This document shows, piece by piece, positions 28,755 to 37,046 of a stretch of DNA of 58,940 nucleotides (position 1 is the stretch's first letter; each line of letters begins with the position of its first letter). Origin of the DNA: an uncultured Pseudomonadales bacterium (GTDB lineage: Bacteria; Pseudomonadota; Gammaproteobacteria; Pseudomonadales; Azotimanducaceae); contig CAYGBY010000001.1 in NCBI GenBank assembly GCA_964348115.1, positions 1-58,940 of the forward strand, given 5' to 3'. The position numbers and the translations under genes were made by a program. Below the pieces are notes generated by a model. It ran no database searches. It had not been told where the DNA came from and saw only the letters and a list, made by a program, of their open reading frames with translations.

Positions 28755-29074
28755 AGATCCAGCACCAACTCCGGCGTCAGGGCGCGGGAGCAGCAGATCA
28801 TCATGGTCCTGCCCTGGACCCGTTCCTGGGCGCTCAGTATTTCGTCCCGATGGTCCGGCACCCCGCCCAGCACCCGGGTTTCGCATGTCCCGCAAATGCC
28901 GGCGAAGCAGGAACTGGGCGCATCGATGCCGGCGGCTTCCACGACATCCAGGATGGCCTCATCAGCGCCCACTGACAGCCGCAGGCCGGACTTGGCGAGC
29001 ACGATGTCAAAGGCGGTGTCCTGCAATGGCGGAAGTCTCCGTGCGCTGCGCCCCGTAGGGCGAACGCCGCTCAA
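28751..29074 (-). CDS. plant-type [2Fe-2S] ferredoxin domain protein (stand-alone PDR-like C-terminal domain)
   Basis: SCFAGICGTCETRVLGGVPDHRDEILS...MMICCSRA..ELVLDL matches the C-terminal Fe-S domain of phthalate-dioxygenase-reductase-type oxidoreductases. No FMN or NAD domain lies upstream. Confidence 0.6.
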   Translation of the reverse strand: MSGVRPTGRSARRLPPLQDTAFDIVLAKSGLRLSVGADEAILDVVEAAGIDAPSSCFAGICGTCETRVLGGVPDHRDEILSAQERVQGRTMMICCSRALTPELVLDL

Positions 29075-29308
29075 GGCGGGGCATGTTCCAGCTTGTATTC
29101 CAGAAAGATTCCTCGCACGTCCTGAATGGATGCAAGAGCGTCAAGGCTCGCATGGCAAGCACAGGAGAGGAAAAGCATGAACGATCATACACCAACGACG
29201 GTCGGCGTCGACATCACCCCCCAACACCATCCGCGGCGCACACAGCCCATGAAGAGTCCAACCCGCGGAACGATCCAAGACCACCCCAAGGTCGCTCCCA
29301 ACCTATTT

Positions 29309-29658
29309 AGGAACCTCTGAACAAGTCTGGGAAGCCCAGAGGCGTCTAGTGTGCTGTCCCGCAAGTAAGTGTGATTATTCGTGGCCATTTTGGCCCCCGG
29401 CCGCGTTGCTCCTCCTTGTGTGGGGCCTGCCACAGGGCGTCGTCGCGCCTTGTGGGGCGCCAAAACGGCCTAGCGACTAAAACCCACATACTTGCGGGAC
29501 AGCACACTAGGTGGCGTGATGGCAAGGCGCGGCGAAGCCCTGTGGGCGGGGCCCCACACAATGAGCCGCAACACGGCTCGCCTTGCCATGGCCGCAACGC
29601 CGTCTCCGTCCGCAAACAGCGGGGCGCTGGGCGAACGCGACTTGTTCAGAGGTTCCCT
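29309..29658. mobile_element. MITE family B (inverted orientation, internally deleted) carrying a nested family C element
   Basis: Termini AGGAACCTCTGAACAAGTC (29309-29327) and GACTTGTTCAGAGGTTCCC (29639-29657). The interior is collinear with the reverse complement of 42998-43258, except for the 165-bp insertion at 29346-29510. Confidence 0.7.
29346..29510. mobile_element. MITE family C, full copy nested inside family B
   Basis: Perfect 22-bp terminal inverted repeats CTAGTGTGCTGTCCCGCAAGTA and TACTTGCGGGACAGCACACTAG. A fragment of the same element lies at 19779-19833. Confidence 0.7.
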
Positions 29659-29812
29659 AGTGCGGACGAAGCAGTCCGCCGGACAGGCAACGCGTGGAAC
29701 TTGCACTCCGTCGCCTGTCGCTGGGCGTCCTTGGAGGGAATTGCATGGTAGATTACGGAATGGCCGGGTTGCGGGTGTTTTGGCCGCCGCCCGCACCGGG
29801 AGGGAGACGCCG

Positions 29813-31906
29813 ATGAACGATGCAACGCCGCCGGTGCCGCCGAAGGCGGCAACCCGGCCCCACAGCACGACGCACCATGGCGTCACCGTCGAGGATCCCT
29901 ACCACTGGCTGAAGGATGAAGGCTATCCGCAAGTGAAGGATGCGGATGTGCTCGCCTATCTGGAAGCGGAGAACGCCTACTTCGAGGCCATGATGGGCCC
30001 CCACGCCGAACTGGTGGAAACCCTCTACCAGGAAATCAAGGCCCGGCAGCAGCCGGACGAGGCCAGTGTCCCGGTCCGTCAGGGCGCCTGGTGCTACCAA
30101 TGGCGCTTTGAGGAAGGCGGCCAGTACCGCATCTGGTCGCGCTGGCCCGCGGACGAGCCCGGCGCGCGCACGGGCGCCACCGACAGCGCCGCGACCATCC
30201 TCGACGAGCCGGCGCTGGCCCGGCAGGCGGACTACTTCCGCCTAGGCGCCCTAGTCGTCGGCAACGCTGGGAACCTGATGGCCTACAGCACCGACACCAG
30301 CGGTTCGGAACGGTTCAGCCTCGTGGTCAAGAACCTGAACACCGGAGAATTGCTCGCCGACGCCATCGAGAACACCATCGGCCCGCCCGTATGGGCGGCG
30401 GACGATTCGGCTTTCCTATACACCGTGGTGGATGAAAACTGGCGTCCGCACCAGGTGCGGCGGCACCGGCTGGGCGAACCGGCTGCACGGGATGCGGTTG
30501 TCTACCAGGAAAGCGATCCTGGCTTCTTCGTCGGCCTATCGCCAAGCGCCTCGAAGCGATACGCGGTGATCCACACCGCCGACCATATCACTTCCGAGGT
30601 TCACCTCGTCCCCACCAAGGATCTGGACGCGAAACCGGCCCTAGTCAGCCCGCGTCGGGAGAACCACGAGTATTCCGTCGACCATCAGGGCGATCGCTTC
30701 GTCATTCGCACCAACGATCGCCACAAAAACACCCGCATCGCCACGGCCGCGGAGGACGACTTTGCCGAAAACGCTTGGCAGCCCCTCCTCGACGGCTCCG
30801 ACAGGCTCTACATTCGCGGCTTCGCGGCCTTTGCCGACTTCATTGCCGTGCTGGAGCGCATCGATGGGCTGGACCAGATCCGCCTTATCGACCGGGAAGG
30901 AGTCAACACCCACATCGAATTCCCCGAATCCGCCTACAGCCTCGCGCTGGGTGAAAATCCCGAGTTCCACACCCGGGTTCTGCGCCTCGACTACACCTCC
31001 ATGGTGTCGCCGCATAGGGTTTACGACTACCACCTCGACCGGCGCGAACTGGAAGTGCGCAAGGTGCGGCAGATCCCAAGCGGCTATGATTCCGGACTGT
31101 ACGTTACCGAGCGGCTTTTGGCGCCGGCCCGGGACGGCGCACGGGTTCCCGTATCGCTCGTGCGCCACAGAGACACTCCCACCGACGGCAGCGCCCCGCT
31201 GCACCTCTACGGCTACGGCGCCTACGGCCACGCCATTTCGCCATCGTTCTCAACGACGCGCCTGTCCCTGCTACAGCGCGGCTTCATCGCAGCCATCGCC
31301 CACATTCGGGGCGGTGACGACCTCGGCCGCCACTGGTACGAAGCCGGCAAGCTGAGCCAGCGCGCAAATACCTTCAACGACTTCGTGGATGTGGCCAGAC
31401 ACCTGGTGGCGGCGGGTTACGGGTCGCAAGGCCGAATCGCCATCGCCGGCGGCAGCGCCGGCGGCCAACTCATGGGCGCCGCCGTCAACCAAGCGCCCGA
31501 ACTATGGGGCGCCGTCGCCGCCCACGTGCCGTTCGTGGACGTGCTCAACACCATGCTGGACAGCTCGCTGCCGCTCACGCCCATCGAGTGGCCCGAGTGG
31601 GGCAACCCCATCGAGGACGCGGCCGCCTTCCACCTGATCCGTTCCTACTCGCCATACGATCAACTGCAGCCGGGCGCCTACCCGCCCATGCTGGTGACCG
31701 CCGGGCTGAACGATCCCCGGGTGACCTACTGGGAGCCGGCCAAGTACGTCGCCAAGCTTAGGACGCTGAAAACCGACAGCAATCCTCTGCTGCTGAAGAC
31801 GCATATGGAAGCCGGCCACGGCGGCAAGTCGGGACGCTTTGACTCGCTGCGCGAGGTGGCGGAGGAGTATGCATTCATATTGGTGGCGTTGCAGTTGCCC
31901 AGGTGA
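29813..31906 (+). CDS. ptrB: oligopeptidase B / S9A prolyl oligopeptidase family serine protease
   Basis: Start at MNDATPPVPP (29813). HGVTVEDPYHWLKD is the family N-terminus, GGSAGGQLMG is the catalytic Ser block, and the GLNDPRV and GHGG blocks follow. The ORF-track 5' extension runs through MITE sequence and is rejected. Confidence 0.85.
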   Translation: MNDATPPVPPKAATRPHSTTHHGVTVEDPYHWLKDEGYPQVKDADVLAYLEAENAYFEAMMGPHAELVETLYQEIKARQQPDEASVPVRQGAWCYQWRFEEGGQYRIWSRWPADEPGARTGATDSAATILDEPALARQADYFRLGALVVGNAGNLMAYSTDTSGSERFSLVVKNLNTGELLADAIENTIGPPVWAADDSAFLYTVVDENWRPHQVRRHRLGEPAARDAVVYQESDPGFFVGLSPSASKRYAVIHTADHITSEVHLVPTKDLDAKPALVSPRRENHEYSVDHQGDRFVIRTNDRHKNTRIATAAEDDFAENAWQPLLDGSDRLYIRGFAAFADFIAVLERIDGLDQIRLIDREGVNTHIEFPESAYSLALGENPEFHTRVLRLDYTSMVSPHRVYDYHLDRRELEVRKVRQIPSGYDSGLYVTERLLAPARDGARVPVSLVRHRDTPTDGSAPLHLYGYGAYGHAISPSFSTTRLSLLQRGFIAAIAHIRGGDDLGRHWYEAGKLSQRANTFNDFVDVARHLVAAGYGSQGRIAIAGGSAGGQLMGAAVNQAPELWGAVAAHVPFVDVLNTMLDSSLPLTPIEWPEWGNPIEDAAAFHLIRSYSPYDQLQPGAYPPMLVTAGLNDPRVTYWEPAKYVAKLRTLKTDSNPLLLKTHMEAGHGGKSGRFDSLREVAEEYAFILVALQLPR

Positions 31907-32059
31907 CACGGCGGATGCCTGCGAGTGGAAAAATCAGGACCGGGAGGAAATTCCCGCCTTCGCCCTGCATGCGGCCTGCAAGCTCGCCGACATGGTGGCA
32001 AGTTCAGCAGACTCTTGCTTGTCTGAGGCACGTAGGGCCTAGCCTTGGCAGTCAATCGA

Positions 32060-32168
32060 AAGGCGCGGCGAAGCCATGTGGCAGGCTCCACACGACGAGC
32101 CGCAATGTCGCCAGCGGGGCCTTTAGGCCCTCCCGAAGGGGGAACGCGGCTTGTTCAGAGGTTCCCCG
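32060..32168. mobile_element. MITE family B fragment (inverted, deleted)
   Basis: AAGGCGCGGCGAAGCC...GGCCTTTAGGCCCTCCCGAAGGG...CTTGTTCAGAGGTTCCCC matches the reverse complement of the B core plus one terminus. Confidence 0.6.
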
Positions 32169-32257
32169 GGTCTTTCTGCGGGGCTGGCCCCGATACGCCC
32201 AAATCATGGATGCTGCGTCGGTGCAGCGGGAGATCACCCCGAACTGGGCTGTGAACG

Positions 32258-33625
32258 TCAAAACCATAGCTGACTCAGTTTCCCAGACTCCAACTCGTTG
32301 GCGTAGCTCAAGTAGTAGTTGCGATTCGGGGCGTTGTATTCTCGAGCCGCCAGGCCGCGCAGCGCCGCAATCTTGGTCGTCCGCGCCAGTTGCCGGTCGC
32401 TGTCGTCAAGCCACTTCAGATGATCCGCCAGTTCCAATGCCCATTGAAAGTCTTCGTTTCGCAACGCCTCCAACATCTTCGCGGTCATGTTCGCAGCCCC
32501 GCCCGCCAGTTCGGCCATTTTGTGCGCTTCGATCCTGGGGGCCAGCGGGTTCAGAGTGGTTGGGTTGCCGTCGTACCAGCCGAGCAATCCGCCGTAGATG
32601 GCCCTGACGGCGTGGGGCACCGCGCCGTAGAACTCCACCAAATATGACTTGTCTTTCAGGTGCGGCGGCAACTCCACTTCGTGTGCGATCAGATCCGGCC
32701 CCTTGCCTTGGTTAATGCCCCTTAGGGTCTGCTCGTACACAGTGCGAATGGCCTCGCTGTAGTCCTTTAACGCGGTAGTGGCGTCATCCCGGCCGCTAAT
32801 GGGCAAAGTGTGGCCGGGCACTAGGTGGTCCGGCGCCAGCGCCGCCATCTTCGCCACGCTGTTGGACCAATTCAACACGTTGCGATAGGCGGTGCCGCGA
32901 ATCGCATACAAGTTCGGGAAAGCTTGGTAAAAGTTGTCGCCTGCGAACAGCACCCTCTCATCGGGCAGCCAGACGAACAACGCATCGTCCGTTTCGCCCG
33001 GCGCCGCATGCATTTCCACGCGCACGCCGGCGATGGTCGTTCGGTAACTGTCACCGGAAACCGAAACGGTGGGCGCCAGGAAACCGCCCCCGCGATCGTG
33101 GTCAATGGTGACGGCCGCCGCTACACCCCGATTGGTGGCTTGATGGGCCGGCAAACGGCGCCCAAACTGGCGGGCGCCGCGTGACGTCATGATTGGCCGA
33201 AGGGCCTCACCTACACCAGTGGCGGAACCGAAGCCCTCCATCGCATAGATTGCAGGCCCATCGTCCCCGGCAAAGACGTTGGCGCCACCAGTATGGTCAC
33301 CGTGGCTATGGGTGTAGATGATCGCCTTCACTGGCTTGCCGCTGTATCGCCGCAGCGCCGCAAAGGCGTTCGCGGCGCTGGTCGGCCCCATTAGCGTATC
33401 GACGATGATGACGCCTTGGTCGCCAACAATCATTGAGGTGTTCGCACCGTGAAATCCCACCGCCGTGAACACATTGTCGGTGACCTGTACAACCTGCTGC
33501 TCGAATTGCCGGCTTTGCTCATTGAGCATCTGCGACGCGGTTTTGGGCGCCACTTGCGTGTCTGCATTGGCCATTCCTGAAACCAGCGCCCAAGCGGTCA
33601 ACAAACTGCCCATCTGTCTATTCAT
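32258..33625 (-). CDS. MBL-fold alkyl/aryl-sulfatase-like hydrolase (short form), secreted
   Basis: Signal peptide MGSLLTAWALVSGMANA. Metallo-beta-lactamase motif YTHSHGDHTGG, followed by a helical dimerisation-type region as in SdsA1-type sulfatases. No SCP2-like C-terminal domain. Confidence 0.65.
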   Translation of the reverse strand: MNRQMGSLLTAWALVSGMANADTQVAPKTASQMLNEQSRQFEQQVVQVTDNVFTAVGFHGANTSMIVGDQGVIIVDTLMGPTSAANAFAALRRYSGKPVKAIIYTHSHGDHTGGANVFAGDDGPAIYAMEGFGSATGVGEALRPIMTSRGARQFGRRLPAHQATNRGVAAAVTIDHDRGGGFLAPTVSVSGDSYRTTIAGVRVEMHAAPGETDDALFVWLPDERVLFAGDNFYQAFPNLYAIRGTAYRNVLNWSNSVAKMAALAPDHLVPGHTLPISGRDDATTALKDYSEAIRTVYEQTLRGINQGKGPDLIAHEVELPPHLKDKSYLVEFYGAVPHAVRAIYGGLLGWYDGNPTTLNPLAPRIEAHKMAELAGGAANMTAKMLEALRNEDFQWALELADHLKWLDDSDRQLARTTKIAALRGLAAREYNAPNRNYYLSYANELESGKLSQLWF

Positions 33626-33659
33626 ACGACTGCTCCTTTCTTCTGCGTGCGCCTAAGTG

Positions 33660-33935
33660 GCCCCCGAAAGTTTACGCATCGGCGGCAGCTTTGCCGATCA
33701 GCCAACTGCAGTTCGCATCTGTTTCCACTTCCTCCGCCTAGGCTACGGCGACTGCTCCACATGGCGGCCGTCGCCGCCATCCGCCACAACCCGAATCCGG
33801 GCCGCAGGCGCCGCGAGCTGCGCGGGCGCGGCCTGCCCCAGGCGGACTCGGCCAGCCGCTTATCGACCGGCTCCCGTCCAACACCGCCGAGATGCTGTAT
33901 GGAAATCCACCAACAAATGCGTTTTGACAACATGG
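33660..33935 (+). pseudogene. degraded 3' remnant of an IS110-family transposase gene
   Basis: Frame-hopping translation gives SLRIGGS.., then RLRRLLHMAAVAAIRHNP, then ELRGRGLP.. and LIDRL.SNTAEML. These resemble the conserved IS110 C-terminal block (GGR..vR..LYMAAl.A.RhNP...y.rL...GK..KvAl.A..RKLl..lNa.L). No intact ORF. Confidence 0.4.
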
Positions 33936-34081
33936 ATATTCAGTGGATGGATGTGGAACTGTCCATGCAGCCAGCAAAAAAGAGGTATAGTGAGCGCAAT
34001 CCGGCATTCCGCTGTCTAGATGCAACTCTGCCATTCCACATTTCTCTTCACAGTTTTCGCCTTTCGGGCTACTCTTGCGCC

Positions 34082-34550
34082 GTGAACACCCTTCTTAACC
34101 CCCTCACCTCGGCACTGCCAACCGAGGTTTCTCTCCCGAGCGCCCCGCTAGTTCGGGTAGTGGCGCAGGTGCGCTTCCCGCAGATGCTTTCAATCGAAAA
34201 GAAAGATTTCGTCGCCCCCTTATCAAGAGGCGATTCGTGACCAGTACCCGGTTTTACGAGCCGAAAAGACACAAGGCATCGCATTAGGTCTTCAAGGGAC
34301 AAGTTCCATGCCGCCCCAAGTGATCTGGCGCTTCGCTGACGAAGGCAAGAGCTGGCGAGTCTCGCTCGCTTCCGATTTCGTCACAATCGAGACGACGGAT
34401 TATGAGAGCCGCGACCACTTCTTCACACGATTCGAGACGATCGTCGCGGCGTTAGCCGAACATATTGACCGCGAGTCGTGGATCGAAACAGCGGGCCTGG
34501 AGTCAGGTTATTTCCGTCGGCGAGGCATTGGGCGTGCCCGGAACAACTAA
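34082..34550 (+). pseudogene. TIGR04255-family gene, frameshifted and 3'-truncated
   Basis: Frame 1: VNTLLNPL..SAPLVRVVAQVRFPQMLSIEKKDFVAP, then stop. The +1 frame continues PYQEAIRDQYPVLRAEK....WRFADEGKSWRVSLASDFVTIETTDYESRDHFFTRFETIVAAL. The frames switch at the C5 run at 34215-34219. Only about half of the expected length is present. Confidence 0.5.
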
Positions 34551-35109
34551 CGATGTATTGCGATCAATTCCCATTGGAGTCTCGCCGACACAGCAGACAG
34601 GCGGTGGCTACGCCTTTGTTGACGAATACGCATCTCCGGGTGCCGCAATCAATGAAGTCCGCCGGCGAAGCGGCCTTAGTTGGGGACAACTCGCGCGCAT
34701 CTTCGGTGTTGCTCGTCGAAGCATTCACTTTTGGGTTAGCGGCAAGCCAATTGATGCGGCCGCCGAAGAGCGTCTCGGCAAGCTTCTTGCCATCATTCGG
34801 AAAATTGATCGTGGTAGTGCCGACGAAACGAGGATGGCTTTGGTTACCGCTTTACCGAACGGAATCACTCCTTTCGATTTCTTGCTGAGTGATGCATTCG
34901 ATGAGGTCACCCAACTGTTGGGACCTGGAATTGCCTCGGCAAGACCATCATTGTCCCCACTCGCCTTTTCGGCGAAGGCGGCTAGGAGAACGGCTTCGCC
35001 CGGAGAACTCGTTGGAGCGCGGCATAACAGGGTTCACAAGGAGATGGGCAGGTCGCGTGCCGATCGCTCGGCGAAGACCAAGGGCGGACGTGACGGCAAA
35101 GCCCGATGA
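34465..35109 (+). CDS. Xre-family HTH antitoxin-like protein (ParS/MbcA-type, DUF2384-like C-domain); start uncertain
   Basis: HTH segment LSWGQLARIFGVARRSIHFWVSGKPI. C-terminal segment ALPNGITPFDFLLSDAFDEVTQLLG is like the toxin-binding domain of RES-Xre antitoxins. No RES toxin gene follows. Confidence 0.45.
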   Translation: MTASRGSKQRAWSQVISVGEALGVPGTTNDVLRSIPIGVSPTQQTGGGYAFVDEYASPGAAINEVRRRSGLSWGQLARIFGVARRSIHFWVSGKPIDAAAEERLGKLLAIIRKIDRGSADETRMALVTALPNGITPFDFLLSDAFDEVTQLLGPGIASARPSLSPLAFSAKAARRTASPGELVGARHNRVHKEMGRSRADRSAKTKGGRDGKAR

Positions 35110-35232
35110 AGACAAACGCGGCGCCATTGACGCTGCGTTGAGCGATTGGCGTCAATTGGCGACAGAGAGCGCCCGGTCCGCCATCAGTTGGCTGCGTAGC
35201 CGTCCGGGAGATGACGGCTTCGGGTTGGCCCG

Positions 35233-36756
35233 TTAGCGCCGCTTGCGGTGCCGGACTAGGCGGTCCCGGCGGCGGCGTTGACGGGGGCTTAAGGGGTTGG
35301 GCTTGTTGGCGTAGGGGTTGGCGGTGGTCTTCAGGGTCAGGCGCAGCGGGCAGCCCACCAGGTTGAAGGCTTCGCGGAAGCCGTTTTCCAGATAACGTTG
35401 GTAGCTGGCCGGCAGGGCCTGCGCCTGATTGCCGTGGATGGCGATCTGCGGCGGGTGGGCGCCCAGCTTGTGGGCGTAGCGCAACTTGATGGCGCGGCGG
35501 CGCACGGCGGGCGGCGGGTGGGCCGCCAGCAGGTCCTGCAGCGCCAAGTTCAGGGCTTGGGTGCTGACCGCGAAGCTGCCGGCCGCATGGACCGCCTGCA
35601 CTTCCGCCATCAGGCGCGCCACCCCTTGCCCGCGCAGGGCGGAGATGCAGCGCAGGGGCGCCCAGGGAATGAAGGCCAGCCGCCGCGCCAGCACCTCCCG
35701 ACGCTGACGTTTCTGCGCTGCGTTCAGGGCATCCCACTTGTTCACCGCCACCACCAGCCCGGCGCCGGCGTCCGCGGCCAGTTTCAGCACATGCAAATCC
35801 TGGTCCACCACGCCTTCCCGGCCATCGAGCACCAGGATGACCGTGTGCGCCCGCTGCATGGCGTCCAAGGACTTGACCACGGAGAACTTCTCCACCACGC
35901 CCGTCACCCGGCCCTTGCGTCGCACCCCGGCGGTGTCGATCAGCAGAAAGCGGGCCCCGTGCGCCTGAAAGGGTATTTCCACCGCATCTCTGGTGGTGCC
36001 CGGATGATCGTGGACGATCTGCCGCTCCTCCCCCAACAGGCGGTTGATGAGGGTGGATTTGCCCACGTTCGGTCGGCCCACGACGGCGGTGCGGATATGA
36101 TCCGAGTTCTGCTCCTGGGGTGCCGCCGCCCTCCGGCTCAGGGCGGCCAAGGCCTTGTGTCCGATATGATCCGAGTCCTGCTGGGGCGTCGCCGCCGGCA
36201 GCAGATCCGCCAAGGCGCCAGTTAGGGCGGCAAGGCCGCGCCCCTGGCTGGCGGACACCAGTTGCATCCGCGCACAGCCGAGCCGGGCGAACTCCGCCAC
36301 GACGCCATCGGGGTCCAGGCCGTCCACCTTGTTGACCACCAACACCAAGGGCGCTCCATTGCGCCGCAGGCGATCGGCGATGGCCTCGTCACCAGCCGTG
36401 AGCCCGGCCCGGGCGTCCACCACAAACAGTACGCCAGTAGCCTCCGCCAGGGCGGCATCCGCCTGACGGCCGATCAGTTCGGCAAAGGCCCCGCCAGCCG
36501 CCAATCCGCCGGTGTCCACCAGCAGGCACGGCTTGCCGTGCAGCACCGTGCGCCCGTACTGCCGGTCGCGGGTGAGGCCGGGCACATTGGCCACCAAGGC
36601 GGAGCGGGCGCCCATGAGCTTGTTGAACAGGGTGGACTTGCCCACGTTGGGCCTGCCCACCAGCACCAGGACACCCGGGGTGGATGAGGCGCCGGGCGCC
36701 GCCGCTGGGGCCGACTGCCTAGCCGGCATATTGCGCCAAGCCCCTTGTTGGTTCAC
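35233..36756 (-). CDS. der: ribosome-biogenesis GTPase Der (EngA)
   Basis: Two tandem GTPase domains (GRPNVGKSTLFN...DTGG...NKVD; GRPNVGKSTLIN...DTAG...NKWD) plus a KH-like C-terminus. Confidence 0.9.
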   Translation of the reverse strand: MNQQGAWRNMPARQSAPAAAPGASSTPGVLVLVGRPNVGKSTLFNKLMGARSALVANVPGLTRDRQYGRTVLHGKPCLLVDTGGLAAGGAFAELIGRQADAALAEATGVLFVVDARAGLTAGDEAIADRLRRNGAPLVLVVNKVDGLDPDGVVAEFARLGCARMQLVSASQGRGLAALTGALADLLPAATPQQDSDHIGHKALAALSRRAAAPQEQNSDHIRTAVVGRPNVGKSTLINRLLGEERQIVHDHPGTTRDAVEIPFQAHGARFLLIDTAGVRRKGRVTGVVEKFSVVKSLDAMQRAHTVILVLDGREGVVDQDLHVLKLAADAGAGLVVAVNKWDALNAAQKRQRREVLARRLAFIPWAPLRCISALRGQGVARLMAEVQAVHAAGSFAVSTQALNLALQDLLAAHPPPAVRRRAIKLRYAHKLGAHPPQIAIHGNQAQALPASYQRYLENGFREAFNLVGCPLRLTLKTTANPYANKPNPLSPRQRRRRDRLVRHRKRR

Positions 36757-37046
36757 AGGATATCATTCTTTTTCAACGGGTTGTGTGCAAATCCAGGAGC
36801 TTGGCCGCGGCACGAATTGCGCTGGCCGCGCCCCGCCGGTCTTTCGGCCCAATGCGCATTCATGCTCCCTCAAGCATAGGCGCCGCCATGCATCTGTGCA
36901 GGTTCCCCCCTGCACCCTCCGCTGAAGACTCATCACCTGCGGGGGCCCTCGCAGGCAAACGAAAATTCTGGCGCGGTCGTCGGGGCGCTTGGTGCGATAC
37001 GCCGCTTAGTGGGAGGCTTGCCGGCTGCGCCCGCAGGGGGCCGAGG

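Noticed and set aside
29492-29812. A 5' extension of the ptrB ORF (track start 29492); likewise the recQ extension at 46873-46956.
   Set aside because: Both extensions are translated from MITE sequence (for example ...DLFRGSL... from the CTTGTTCAGAGGTTCCC terminus). The family-typical N-termini begin at 29813 and 46957.
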